Of a stretch of DNA of 64,000 bases, positions 33,786 to 42,917 are shown piece by piece. Position numbers and translations under genes: made by a program. Positions within the stretch are counted from its first letter, which is position 1. Every line of letters starts with the position of its first letter. The notes under the pieces are model-generated. The model made no database searches. It was not told where the DNA came from and saw only the letters and a list, made by a program, of their open reading frames with translations. Where the stretch lies: positions 174,443 through 238,442 of the forward strand of contig JBDHQD010000006.1 of NCBI GenBank assembly GCA_039806835.1. Reading direction: 5' to 3'. Origin of the DNA: Prosthecobacter sp. (GTDB lineage Bacteria > Verrucomicrobiota > Verrucomicrobiia > Verrucomicrobiales > Verrucomicrobiaceae).

Positions 33786-34436
33786 ATGCGCATCCTCATC
33801 ACTGCTGGCCCGACGCGCGAGCCGATCGACCCGGTGCGCTTTCTCTCCAACCGTTCTTCAGGGCGCATGGGTTACGCTTTGGCAGAGGCGGCACTGGAAG
33901 CAGGGCATGAGGTTGTGCTCATTTCAGGCCCGGTGGCCATCCCGGTGCCTGAGGGGGTGAATCTCATCAGGGTGGAGACGGCGCGTGAGATGTTCGATGC
34001 GGTGCGCATCTACCTCAGCGGCTGCGAGGCAGCCATTTTCAGCGCTGCGGTGGCTGATTATCGGCCCGTGCACACGGCGGCGCAGAAAATGAAAAAGCAT
34101 GCGGATAAGCTGACGCTGGAACTCGAACGCACGGAAGACATCCTGGGTGCTGCGCGCAGCGAGCTCGGTTTCGCGGGCGTGTTGGTCGGTTTTGCCGCAG
34201 AGACGGAGAACCTCATTGCTCATGCGGCAGAAAAGCTCCAACGCAAGGGCTGCGACATGATCGTGGCGAACAATGTTTCACAGACGGGCATCGGGTTTGA
34301 CAGTGCGGAAAACGAAGTCACCCTCTGCCTCCCCGGAGGGCGCACGATCCCTCTCCCACGACAATCGAAAGTCTCCCTCGCACGCGCTTTGATGGCGCAC
34401 ATCACCCAGCTCTCAGCCCCAGAAAACACGAAGTGA
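33786..34436 (+). CDS. coaB: Phosphopantothenate-cysteine ligase, monofunctional CoaB
   Basis: MRILITAGPTREPIDPVRFLSNRSSGRMGYALAEAA matches the CoaB (Dfp C-terminal domain) signature. At 216 aa it has no CoaC flavoprotein half. Confidence 0.85.
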   Translation: MRILITAGPTREPIDPVRFLSNRSSGRMGYALAEAALEAGHEVVLISGPVAIPVPEGVNLIRVETAREMFDAVRIYLSGCEAAIFSAAVADYRPVHTAAQKMKKHADKLTLELERTEDILGAARSELGFAGVLVGFAAETENLIAHAAEKLQRKGCDMIVANNVSQTGIGFDSAENEVTLCLPGGRTIPLPRQSKVSLARALMAHITQLSAPENTK

Positions 34437-35191
34437 ACGAACTCCTCGCCACCGCAACCGAAGCTGCGCACGCCGCAGGCAAGATGATCAAGGAAAACTT
34501 CGGCTCTGATCTCACCGTGAATGAAATGCAACGCCATGACATCAAGCTAGAGCTGGATGTGCGCAGTCAGAAACTCATCACAGACATGATCCTCGCGCGC
34601 TTTCCCGATCATGCGATCCTCGGAGAGGAAGGCGGCGAAACCGGTGGCAATGGCGAAGTCGAATGGATTGTAGATCCCATCGATGGAACGGTGAATTTTT
34701 TCTTTGGCATTCCGCACTACTGTGTCTCCATCGCTGCGCGGAAGCGTGAATCGAAGGAGCTGCTCATCGGCGTCATTTTCGATCCGAATCAAGGCGAAAC
34801 CTGGACCGTCGTGCGTGGAGAAAAGCCGAAGCTCAATGGCCAAACAGTCACGGTGAGCGACCGTGCTGAGATGGCGGAGGCTGTGGTCACCGTCGGTTTT
34901 TCCAAGAGCAAAGAGGCACTCGATCTCGGCTTTGAACGCTACAAGCGCATCGCCTACGAAGTGCGCAAGACACGCATGCTCGGCAGTGCGGCCTTGGCGA
35001 TGGCCTACATCGCCTGTGGACGTCTCGATGCCTACGTCGAGGAGCAGATCAGCCTGTGGGACATCGCGGCTGGTCAACTGATGGTCGAAGAAGGCGGAGG
35101 CAACGTGAAGCTCAAGCCCAGCACAACGAAACCCGGCACCATGTTCATCTGCGCCTCGAATGGCAAGCTGCCGATCGGGGAGTATCTCTGA
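34433..35191 (+). CDS. suhB: Inositol monophosphatase family protein (SuhB-like)
   Basis: ILGEEGG and WIVDPIDGTVNFFFGIPHY motifs, and a WDIAAG motif. The GTG start overlaps the coaB stop (GTGA, 34433-34436). Confidence 0.85.
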   Translation: MNELLATATEAAHAAGKMIKENFGSDLTVNEMQRHDIKLELDVRSQKLITDMILARFPDHAILGEEGGETGGNGEVEWIVDPIDGTVNFFFGIPHYCVSIAARKRESKELLIGVIFDPNQGETWTVVRGEKPKLNGQTVTVSDRAEMAEAVVTVGFSKSKEALDLGFERYKRIAYEVRKTRMLGSAALAMAYIACGRLDAYVEEQISLWDIAAGQLMVEEGGGNVKLKPSTTKPGTMFICASNGKLPIGEYL

Positions 35192-35197
35192 TCGCAC

Positions 35198-35956
35198 ATG
35201 TCCGCACTCGATCCACGTGAAGTCATCCTCGAAGCTCGCGAACTCACGCGCGAGTTTGAAGGTGTGAAGGCGCTCGATGCCTTCAGCTTCAAATTGCACC
35301 GTGGGGAGGTGCTCGGCCTTCTCGGCGCCAATGGTGCAGGCAAAACAACGGCGATGAATTGCTTGCTGGGCCTGACCTTGCCCACTTCGGGAGAGTTGAA
35401 CGCTTTTGGGATGCCGCTGCATACTCACCGCATCGAAATCCTCAGGCGCGCAAATTTTTCCTCCGCCTACACGGCCCTGCCAGGGAACTTGCTCGTGTGG
35501 CAGAACCTCCTGGTGTTTGCGCGCATCTACGGCGTGCCGAATCCGAAGAAGAAAATCGCTGAGTTGCTCGATCTGCTGGAAATCTCCCATCTCCAGAAGC
35601 GCGTCACCGGCCAGCTCTCGGCAGGCGAGTCCACACGTGTGAATCTCGTGAAAGCGTTTCTCAATGACCCGGAGCTGCTCATGCTCGATGAGCCCACGGC
35701 CAGTCTGGACCCCGACATCGCAGACAAAGTGCGCAAGGTGGTGCGCAAGGTGCAGCGCGAGCGCGGGATCGGCATCCTCTACACCTCACACAACATGCGG
35801 GATATTGAGGAGGTCTGCGACCGCGTCATCTTCCTGCACAAAGGCAAGATCGTGTGCGAGGGCACGCCGGCGGAGATCGTCGCTCGTTCCAGTGGCAGTT
35901 CGCTCGAAGACGTCTTTATCAAAATCGCGCGCGATGGCGAGATCGTGGACTCTTGA
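35198..35956 (+). CDS. ABC transporter ATP-binding protein (ABC-2/export type), no adjacent permease
   Basis: Walker A GANGAGKTT, signature LSAGESTRV, Walker B LLMLDEPTASLD and H-loop TSHNM. Confidence 0.9.
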   Translation: MSALDPREVILEARELTREFEGVKALDAFSFKLHRGEVLGLLGANGAGKTTAMNCLLGLTLPTSGELNAFGMPLHTHRIEILRRANFSSAYTALPGNLLVWQNLLVFARIYGVPNPKKKIAELLDLLEISHLQKRVTGQLSAGESTRVNLVKAFLNDPELLMLDEPTASLDPDIADKVRKVVRKVQRERGIGILYTSHNMRDIEEVCDRVIFLHKGKIVCEGTPAEIVARSSGSSLEDVFIKIARDGEIVDS

Positions 35957-36099
35957 GTGAAGGGAGGCAGTAAAGCTTTACCACGCCGCTCCTACCAGGG
36001 AGGGCAACAGTCACGTATCATGAAGGAAAAGCATTCATCCGCACTCCTCGCTTGCCAGCAGGACGGAGCGTGCTAATAAGCAAGAAGAGTGGAAGAGTT

Positions 36100-36208
36100 C
36101 GTTTTATGAAATTTTGAGCGATTGGATTTATCAATCATTCTAAAATTTCAAAAATTTACTCCAAATTCTAAAATTATCTTGCGGCAGCAGGGTGATTCGC
36201 GTTATTAT
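36100..36208 (+). promoter_or_regulatory. Putative tRNA-Gly promoter with A/T-tract upstream region
   Basis: -35 TTGCGG (36179-36184), an 18-nt spacer and -10 TATTAT (36203-36208), about 10 nt before the tRNA 5' end. Region 36100-36178 is a run of A/T tracts, exceptional for this GC-rich window. It contains the 11-nt direct repeat ATTCTAAAATT at 36137 and 36165. Confidence 0.45.
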
Positions 36209-36218
36209 AGCACTAATT

Positions 36219-36289
36219 GCGGGTATAGCTTAATGGTAAAGTTCCAGCCTTCCACGCTGGCCATGTGGGTTCGATTCCCACTACCCGCT
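36219..36289 (+). tRNA. tRNA-Gly (anticodon UCC)
   Basis: Hand-folded cloverleaf. Acceptor GCGGGTA/TACCCGC, D arm GCTT-AATGGTA-AAGT. Anticodon arm CCAGC-CTTCCAC-GCTGG (anticodon TCC). Variable CCAT, T arm GTGGG-TTCGATT-CCCAC, discriminator T. 71 nt, CCA not encoded. Confidence 0.93.
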
Positions 36290-36334
36290 TTGAGAACGTG
36301 ATCATTCCTGAAAATCCAATCATTCATTGCCGCT

Positions 36335-36874
36335 ATGAAAGCTGTACTCCAATCACGTGCTGCGGGCTTTGCCTGCCTGCTTGCCTTGGTTTTTCCCTCG
36401 CTCAGTACAGCTCAAGGCGTGGGCAATTGCGCCGACATTGCCAATGACGTGTCTGCAGCGGTGTCGAAAGACCCGTCCAAGGTGTTGATGGTGGTTGAGG
36501 ACGCGCTCGTGATCAATGAAGGTTGTGCTTCAGACATTGTGAAGGCTGCCATCGTCTCATCCAAGGCTGACGCAGTCCTTGCAAATCAGATTGTTCAAAC
36601 GGCGGTTTCTGTTGCTCCGAAAATGGCGGGCGTCATCAACGACGCAGCGAGTTCGGTGGTCCCGGGCCTCGCTGCGGTGATGCCTGCGGCAGATCTGCCG
36701 GAGCGTCCAGTGACCATTGCGGAAAAAAATCCCGGAAAGAACCCTGTGGTACCGGCCTCTCCTCCTGTGAGAGAGCCAGACTTCTTCATCCCAGCCAGCA
36801 TTCGCGGGGTGTTCTTGATCCAGCCACCGGCCTCTGGCCCGCTGCCGGTGTCACCCTGCTACGCATACCCCTGA
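36335..36874 (+). CDS. Hypothetical secreted protein
   Basis: Signal peptide MKAVLQSRAAGFACLLALVFPSLSTAQG. An Ala/Val-rich helical region with two Cys, a Pro-rich linker and the C-terminal segment FFIPASIRGVFLIQPPASGPLPVSPCYAYP. No domain recognised. Starts 45 nt after the tRNA. Confidence 0.55.
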   Translation: MKAVLQSRAAGFACLLALVFPSLSTAQGVGNCADIANDVSAAVSKDPSKVLMVVEDALVINEGCASDIVKAAIVSSKADAVLANQIVQTAVSVAPKMAGVINDAASSVVPGLAAVMPAADLPERPVTIAEKNPGKNPVVPASPPVREPDFFIPASIRGVFLIQPPASGPLPVSPCYAYP

Positions 36875-36933
36875 TCTATTCCGGTTCCGGCACCATTTGA
36901 TTTTCGACATTGATTAACCCGCCTCACACTCCC

Positions 36934-38136
36934 ATGCGCTCACGATTTGCAATGCTGGTTTTGGCGGCTGTTTTGGTCACTCCTGTCATTGTTAGTGCTC
37001 AAGGCTTGGTGGCGATTCAAAATTACTCTGCGGACTTTCGCAATGAACAGCCGCTGATTTTCTCCCTGACGGGGCAGAGTGGTTACGATGTTCTGGATTA
37101 CAAGATCCAGTCTCCCTTCGTTCAAGACATTAACTCCTGGTACGTTCAGGGCGGCATCGGGGCTGCCTATACTCGCCCTGACCAAACGACGCCCTTCAGT
37201 TTCACCCTCGATACCAGCGTCATCCACTACATCGACGGAGTGCCGCGGTTTGGGGGGACGTTTTACAACGCTCGCGCAGCGGTGAACTTCGAGCATCGCT
37301 TCTCGCAAAGGCTCAAGATCAGCAACAATTTCTATGTCACCTACGGCGTCGATCCAAACACCGCGTTTGGTTACGGGGCCTCCACGACACTGTGGAATGG
37401 TCAATACCTCTACGGCTATAACAACTTCAATGTGAGCTACGCATGGACTCCGCGGCTCTCAACGACCACATCGTACACATTTGATGGGATCGGCTATCAG
37501 GATGATCTCGTGGCTCTGCCGGAGGATCGCTACACGCACCTTTTCGCACAGCAGATCGCTTACGCGATCTCGAAGCGTACCAGCCTCACGGCAGAGTACC
37601 GTTATCGCATGGCCACTTATGTTTCGAGCGCAAACAAGAACTACACCTCGCAGTTTGCCCTCTTAGGGGTGGATCATGCTTGGAGTGAGCGCATGTCTGG
37701 TTCTGTGCGCGCAGGTGCCGAGTTCTATGATTCAGACTATACGAACAAGACCGCGCCGTATGCGGAAGGAGCATTGAGTTACGCTGTAGCGCGCCAGACG
37801 ATGGTGCGCTGGTTTGCAGCTCTCGGTTTCAACGGTGCTGAATTGGCCGCTTTCAACAGCCGCTATGGTTTGAACACCGGCATCCAGGTGAATCACCAGA
37901 TCACCAAGCGCCTCAGTCTTAACGCAGGTGCCTCGTATGCGTACAGCCAGTTCTCCGGCGGACCAACGGGAGATGTGAGAGAGAACTCCGTGTTCTTGAA
38001 CGCTGGCATCGGATACCAACTGCTGGAGAACTTCAACCTGAACGCGAACTACTCCTTCTCCATGCTCCAATCCAACAACGCACTCCGGGAGTTTGACCGC
38101 AATCGCGTCTCCCTTGGTGCCACGGCAACTTTCTAA
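36934..38136 (+). CDS. Putative outer-membrane beta-barrel protein (polysaccharide-locus associated)
   Basis: Signal peptide MRSRFAMLVLAAVLVTPVIVSAQG. Alternating hydrophobic/polar, Tyr/Asn/Ser/Gly-rich strands throughout. C-terminal ...VSLGATATF ends in Phe, as in OMP beta-signals. The track ORF begins at TTG 36910. Confidence 0.7.
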   Translation: MRSRFAMLVLAAVLVTPVIVSAQGLVAIQNYSADFRNEQPLIFSLTGQSGYDVLDYKIQSPFVQDINSWYVQGGIGAAYTRPDQTTPFSFTLDTSVIHYIDGVPRFGGTFYNARAAVNFEHRFSQRLKISNNFYVTYGVDPNTAFGYGASTTLWNGQYLYGYNNFNVSYAWTPRLSTTTSYTFDGIGYQDDLVALPEDRYTHLFAQQIAYAISKRTSLTAEYRYRMATYVSSANKNYTSQFALLGVDHAWSERMSGSVRAGAEFYDSDYTNKTAPYAEGALSYAVARQTMVRWFAALGFNGAELAAFNSRYGLNTGIQVNHQITKRLSLNAGASYAYSQFSGGPTGDVRENSVFLNAGIGYQLLENFNLNANYSFSMLQSNNALREFDRNRVSLGATATF

Positions 38137-38161
38137 TTTTCACTCAACAGCCAGACCCCAT

Positions 38162-38204
38162 CCGCCGGCGGGCAGCTCCGATCGACACGGGCTCCCGCTG
38201 GCGG
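38162..38204 (+). other. GC-rich hairpin between the beta-barrel gene and the Wzc-like gene
   Basis: An 11-bp stem CCGCCGGCGGG (38162-38172) / CCCGCTGGCGG (38194-38204) with one G-U pair and a 21-nt loop. Followed by TGTTTCACC, a weak U-tract. Confidence 0.3.
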
Positions 38205-38257
38205 TGTTTCACCACCAGTTTGTTAACATCTCCTAAAAGCCAGCGCATCTCATAGGC

Positions 38258-40453
38258 ATGAAAGAGACAGGTTCAGAGTTCCAAAAACACGCGATGGACA
38301 CTTGGCAGGTGGTCAAAAACCGCCTTGGACTGATCACGCTCAGCTTCATTCTTGTCTTCGCCGCTGCAGCAGTCCTTACCTACATCATGCCGCGCAAATA
38401 TCGCGGCCATGTGGAGATGACCATCGAGCGCATCACACAGGACATCAATGTCTTCGACCGCAACCGGGGAGACAGCCTCGCTTTCACACAGGAGTATATT
38501 AAAACGCAGTTTGAGACGATCACCAAGCCCACCACACTTTATCCGGTGATCGAAAAGCTCGACCTTACGAAACGCTGGGAGTTGCCTACCAAGCAGGCTG
38601 CCCTTTCAAAACTCCGGGCCAACTTGGAAACGCAATCGATGCTCCGCTCGGATTTCGTAGTGATCGATTACTATGACCAAGACGCAAACCTTGCAGCGTC
38701 CATCGCCAATGAGATCGCGCGGAGCTACATGGTGCAGCGCAACAGCATTGAAACCGAAAAGAAGCAGAAGGCACTCAAAGTTCTGGAGCAGCAGATCTCG
38801 GATCAGGAAGAGTTGCGACGTCAGGCACAGCTCCGTTCTCAGGAAGCCAAGCGCAAGGCGGGTATTGTTGGTGAGTGGTTCCCAGGAGGTGGCAGTTCCT
38901 TGAGCCCCGGTAGCGACATCCGCACTTCCGAAGAGAACATGCAGATGTCTCGTGAGCAGTTGCTCATGCAAGCGGATCAAGACATCCTCACCCTCCAAGC
39001 TGAGATCGACCAGATCAGCAAACTTAGCATCGAGGAACTGATCGCTCGTGCCTCGGGGCTGAAGCTGGAGGACCAGTCGCTCATCACCAACTCGGGGAAA
39101 TACTCCGACCTCCTCGTGCAGCGCGAGGGGTTGAAGAATGCCGGCCTGGGCACTCGTCACCCTAATGTGGAGAGCCTCAGCGGGCAGATCGATAAGCTCA
39201 AAACGCTCATCCAAGCTGAAGGGAAAGCCTACGTGGCAGGGCTGCAGAATCGGCTCGATACCGCAAAGAAGAAGCGCGACTCTCTCCAGACTTATAATGA
39301 GGACGCAAAGAAGGAGATCATGAGCATGCAGTCGCTCTACAACGAGTACAAGAGTGCCAAAGACGAAGTGACCTATCTCGAAGATCTGCTCGTCAAAATG
39401 CGCTCTCGCTTCTTCGAAGAGAAGGCGGGTATCGAGCTCGTGAAGTCCCCCGCAACGATCTATGCTGAGGCCGAACCAGAGTCTAGGCCCGCCAAGCCGA
39501 ATGTCCCACTGCACCTCGCCTTAGGTGGCGTACTCGGCCTCATGTTCGGGCTGGGTCTGGCCTTCTTCCTGGAGTACATGGATACGACCGTGAAGAGTCT
39601 CGATGACGTCGAGCAATTCCTTGGCGTGCCCGTGCTTGCCGTGGTACCCAAAGACGTGGGCGTGCTTCATCGCTCCAGCGGCTTCAATCCAGATGCCGAA
39701 GCTTACCGCATTCTGCGCACTAACATTGAGTTCAATCGCAAAGCTCCTGATGCGAACTGCCTCACCGTGGTGAGTGGCGGAGCCGGGGAAGGGAAATCGA
39801 CGACGATGGTAAACCTCGCCTACGTCTGCGCCCAAGGCGGCTACAACGTACTCCTCATCGACGCCGACCTGCGTCGTCCGAGCATGCACACGCACTTTGA
39901 CGTGAGCCATGCCACGGGCCTCACAAACTACCTCACCACCGATATCCGCCTGGAAGATGTCGTCATCCGCACCCAGGTGGAAAATCTGTTCTTCCTCCCC
40001 AGTGGGCTTCTCCCTGCAGACAGCGCGGGTCTGCTCAATTCGCAGCGCATGGTCGATCTCATCACCGAAGTGAAGAGCCGCTTTGACCTCGTGCTCATCG
40101 ACTCACCGCCCATTCTTGGCGTCAGTGACGCCTCGGTACTCGCCAACGAGGCAGACATGACCATGATCGTCGTGCAGCACCGCAAACTGCCACGACACAT
40201 GCTCATGCGTGTGAAACAATCGGTCGAGAACGCTGGCGGTAAGGTCGTGGGCGTCGTTCTCAACAACGTCGATCTTCGCAGCGACGCTCAGTACCAATAC
40301 TACACGAGCTACTACACATACTACTCGCCCACGAATACACCTGGCAGCTCCAGCGAAAAAGCACGACGCCGCAAGATGAAAACTGAGACCACGGCGCCTG
40401 CATTGGCAGCCACACGCCCCCTTTCATCTGCTGCTGGTGGCGATGTTTTCTGA
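38258..40453 (+). CDS. Polysaccharide co-polymerase / tyrosine autokinase (Wzc / GumC / EpsG-like)
   Basis: N-terminal TM helix, a long coiled-coil (Wzz-like) periplasmic region and a second TM (LALGGVLGLMFGLGLAFFLEY). BY-kinase Walker A VVSGGAGEGKSTT, A' LLIDADLRRP, B DLVLIDSPP. C-terminal Tyr cluster YQYYTSYYTYYSP. Confidence 0.9.
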   Translation: MKETGSEFQKHAMDTWQVVKNRLGLITLSFILVFAAAAVLTYIMPRKYRGHVEMTIERITQDINVFDRNRGDSLAFTQEYIKTQFETITKPTTLYPVIEKLDLTKRWELPTKQAALSKLRANLETQSMLRSDFVVIDYYDQDANLAASIANEIARSYMVQRNSIETEKKQKALKVLEQQISDQEELRRQAQLRSQEAKRKAGIVGEWFPGGGSSLSPGSDIRTSEENMQMSREQLLMQADQDILTLQAEIDQISKLSIEELIARASGLKLEDQSLITNSGKYSDLLVQREGLKNAGLGTRHPNVESLSGQIDKLKTLIQAEGKAYVAGLQNRLDTAKKKRDSLQTYNEDAKKEIMSMQSLYNEYKSAKDEVTYLEDLLVKMRSRFFEEKAGIELVKSPATIYAEAEPESRPAKPNVPLHLALGGVLGLMFGLGLAFFLEYMDTTVKSLDDVEQFLGVPVLAVVPKDVGVLHRSSGFNPDAEAYRILRTNIEFNRKAPDANCLTVVSGGAGEGKSTTMVNLAYVCAQGGYNVLLIDADLRRPSMHTHFDVSHATGLTNYLTTDIRLEDVVIRTQVENLFFLPSGLLPADSAGLLNSQRMVDLITEVKSRFDLVLIDSPPILGVSDASVLANEADMTMIVVQHRKLPRHMLMRVKQSVENAGGKVVGVVLNNVDLRSDAQYQYYTSYYTYYSPTNTPGSSSEKARRRKMKTETTAPALAATRPLSSAAGGDVF

Positions 40454-40478
40454 ACCTTCCACACATCCCTATAAGCTT

Positions 40479-41045
40479 ATGAAACTCCAGCATCTCCTCA
40501 CACTGCTCGCGTTCTGTGGCTTGATGATTCCAGCCACGCATGCTCAGAACGGCGAACTTGCCCTCAAAGCCAATGATCGCGTCACCATTGCCATTGGCGG
40601 CATTCCTGACAGCGAAGTCGCGCAGATTCGCGGCATTTATACCGTCAGCGATGCCGGTACCATCAATCTCCTCTACATCGGAGAGGTGCGTGCCGCTGGC
40701 TTGAAGCCATCCACCCTCCAGCGCAGCATCGAGCAGACCTACATTGCGCGCGAAATCTACACCCGCCCAACGGTCACGGTCTCCATTGATGGCGATGCCG
40801 CCACCACTCGTATGGTGTATGTGATCAGTGGCTGTAACAAAAACGGCCCCGTTCCCTACAGCCCAGGGATGACAGTGCTGAAGGCGGTTGGTGTTGCGGG
40901 TGGCTTCACTCCGTTTGCCAGGCCGAGCCGGACAAAGCTGATCCGCAATGGCACCACCACGGAGATCAATCTCAAGGACATCAGCTCTGACCCTTCACGC
41001 GATATCAAGCTGCAGCCCGAAGATCAGATCATCGTGCCTGAGTGA
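40479..41045 (+). CDS. Polysaccharide export protein (Wza-like Poly_export + SLBB), short form
   Basis: Signal peptide MKLQHLLTLLAFCGLMIPATHA. Contains LKANDRVTIAIGG, YTVSDAGTINLLYIGEVRAAGL and PGMTVLKAVGVAGGFTPFA, typical of the Poly_export/SLBB family. Start placed at 40479 (the track ORF starts at 40437). Confidence 0.8.
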   Translation: MKLQHLLTLLAFCGLMIPATHAQNGELALKANDRVTIAIGGIPDSEVAQIRGIYTVSDAGTINLLYIGEVRAAGLKPSTLQRSIEQTYIAREIYTRPTVTVSIDGDAATTRMVYVISGCNKNGPVPYSPGMTVLKAVGVAGGFTPFARPSRTKLIRNGTTTEINLKDISSDPSRDIKLQPEDQIIVPE

Positions 41046-41108
41046 TGTTGAGCATGTTTGAAACGCCCACAGCCGTGAAGCCCGTGGCTTGATGGGCGAT
41101 AGGCGTGA

Positions 41109-42824
41109 TCAGAGACCCAAATCCGTCACCGCTCCGTGGCTCGCGTCGCTGGTGAGCTTCGCAAACTTTGCCAGTACGCCATGAGTGTAGCGTGGTTTTG
41201 GTTGTTTCCATGCCTTGAGGCGTTTCTTCAGTTCCGCATCGGACACTCCCAGAGTGATTTGACGCTTCTCGGCATCGATGGTGATCGCATCACCATTTTT
41301 CACCACAGCAATGGGGCCACCGACAAAAGCCTCAGGAGTGACGTGACCGATGACGAAGCCGTGGCTGCCGCCACTAAAGCGCCCGTCAGTCAGGAAGGCG
41401 ACATCTTTGCCCAAGCCCTTGCCCATGATGGCACTGGTGGGAGAGAGCATTTCGCGCATGCCGGGTCCGCCTTTGGGGCCTTCTCTGCGCACGACGACGA
41501 CATGCCCTTTGCGCACCTTGTCTTTGAGAATCGCTTGCAGGGCACTCTCTTCCGACTCAAACACAATGGCGCGACCGCTGAAGCTCAGTCCTTCTTTGCC
41601 GCTTATCTTGCCCACAGCACCTCCAGGGCAGAGATTGCCTTTGAAAATCACGAGGTGGCTGTCTTTCTTGATAGGATTGGAGAGGGGGCGAACGATCGGC
41701 TGGTTTTTAGGCCAGAAGATCTTTGAGTTGCGCATGTTCTCCCGCATCGTTTTGCCTGTGACGGTGATGCAGTCGCCGTGCATGAGACCTTCTTCGACCA
41801 ACAGACGCATGAGTGGCACCGTGCCGCCGATCTTAACGAGATCGTTCATGAAATAGGTGCCGCTAGGGCGCAGATCCGCCAGCACCGGCGTTTTTTTGCC
41901 GATGCGCACAAAGTCCTCGATCCCCAGCTTCACGCCAGTGCTGTGTGCGATGGCGATGAGGTGCAGCACCGCGTTTGTGCTGCCACCGAGGGCGATGACG
42001 AGCGTGATCGCATTCTCGAACGCCTCTTTGGTCATGATGTCCCGCGGAGTGATGCCGCGCTTGATCATGTTCATCACCGCTGCACCAGCATCGAAGCAAT
42101 CGATCAGTTTCTCATTCGACACGGCAGCCTGCGCGCCGGAGTTCGGCAGACTCATGCCCATCGCCTCGATGGCACTTGCCATGGTGTTCGCCGTGTACAT
42201 GCCGCCACAGGATCCTTCACCGGGGATGGCGTGCTCTTCGATCTCTTCAAGTTGCCGGTTGGTGATCTGGCAGTTCGCATGTTTGCCCACAGCCTCAAAG
42301 ACTGTGACAATGTCTGCGTCCTTTTTGTCTGGGCCGATGCAGCCGGGCAGGATCGTGCCGCCATAGACAAAGACGGCAGGGCGGTTCATGCGGCCGATCG
42401 CCATCATGCAGCCGGGCATGTTTTTATCGCACCCACCTATGGCAACATAGCCGTCCATCCCTTCGCAACCGACCACCGTCTCAATGCTGTCAGCAATGAC
42501 TTCACGCGAGACGAGAGAATATTTCATGCCCTCCGTGCCCATCGAGATGCCGTCAGAGATGGTGATGGTGTTGAAGACCACGCTCTTCCCGCCCGCAGCA
42601 TCCACTCCCTTGGCGGCTTCTTGTGCAAGGCGGTCGATGTGCATATTGCACGGCGTGACCATGCTCCAAGTGCTCGCGATACCGATCTTGGACTTTTTAA
42701 AATCCTCCCGCTTGAAACCCACCGCGTGCAGCATGGCGCGGCTGGCAGCGCGCTCCACACCATCAACAACGGCGGCACTATGCTTGCGGTGAAGGGATGA
42801 TTTGGTAGGGTTTTTCTTGGACAT
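41109..42824 (-). CDS. ilvD: Dihydroxy-acid dehydratase
   Basis: [15 protein letters not shown] and [11 protein letters not shown] motifs, and the C-terminal [22 protein letters not shown]. Start placed at MSKKNPTKS (42824). Confidence 0.95.
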   Translation of the reverse strand: MSKKNPTKSSLHRKHSAAVVDGVERAASRAMLHAVGFKREDFKKSKIGIASTWSMVTPCNMHIDRLAQEAAKGVDAAGGKSVVFNTITISDGISMGTEGMKYSLVSREVIADSIETVVGCEGMDGYVAIGGCDKNMPGCMMAIGRMNRPAVFVYGGTILPGCIGPDKKDADIVTVFEAVGKHANCQITNRQLEEIEEHAIPGEGSCGGMYTANTMASAIEAMGMSLPNSGAQAAVSNEKLIDCFDAGAAVMNMIKRGITPRDIMTKEAFENAITLVIALGGSTNAVLHLIAIAHSTGVKLGIEDFVRIGKKTPVLADLRPSGTYFMNDLVKIGGTVPLMRLLVEEGLMHGDCITVTGKTMRENMRNSKIFWPKNQPIVRPLSNPIKKDSHLVIFKGNLCPGGAVGKISGKEGLSFSGRAIVFESEESALQAILKDKVRKGHVVVVRREGPKGGPGMREMLSPTSAIMGKGLGKDVAFLTDGRFSGGSHGFVIGHVTPEAFVGGPIAVVKNGDAITIDAEKRQITLGVSDAELKKRLKAWKQPKPRYTHGVLAKFAKLTSDASHGAVTDLGL

Positions 42825-42917
42825 GGTGTTGTAGGATGGGCGCGCATAGTGCCAGACCAGCCCACGCAAGCAAGCAGCCATTGCGGCAGTTCCTGCACAG
42901 CAAATGACAAAATCGGC

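Noticed and set aside
34547-35590. 347-aa ORF on the minus strand
   Set aside because: It is antisense to suhB and the ABC ATPase, both of which have diagnostic motifs.
36265-36447. 60-aa ORF overlapping the tRNA-Gly 3' half
   Set aside because: It overlaps a well-folding tRNA and the start of the signal-peptide-bearing ORF at 36335 in another frame.
35957-41108. Possible genomic island or integrated element at tRNA-Gly
   Set aside because: No integrase, excisionase, transposase or phage gene is present. No long direct repeat of the tRNA 3' end was found near 41046-41108. Only a 9-mer (CAATCATTC) flanks the tRNA within about 200 bp. Hand GC counts of individual lines scatter from 45% to 65%, so a compositional shift is not established. 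A computed GC/codon-usage profile and comparison with related genomes are needed.
41778-42800. 340-aa ORF on the plus strand
   Set aside because: It is antisense to ilvD.
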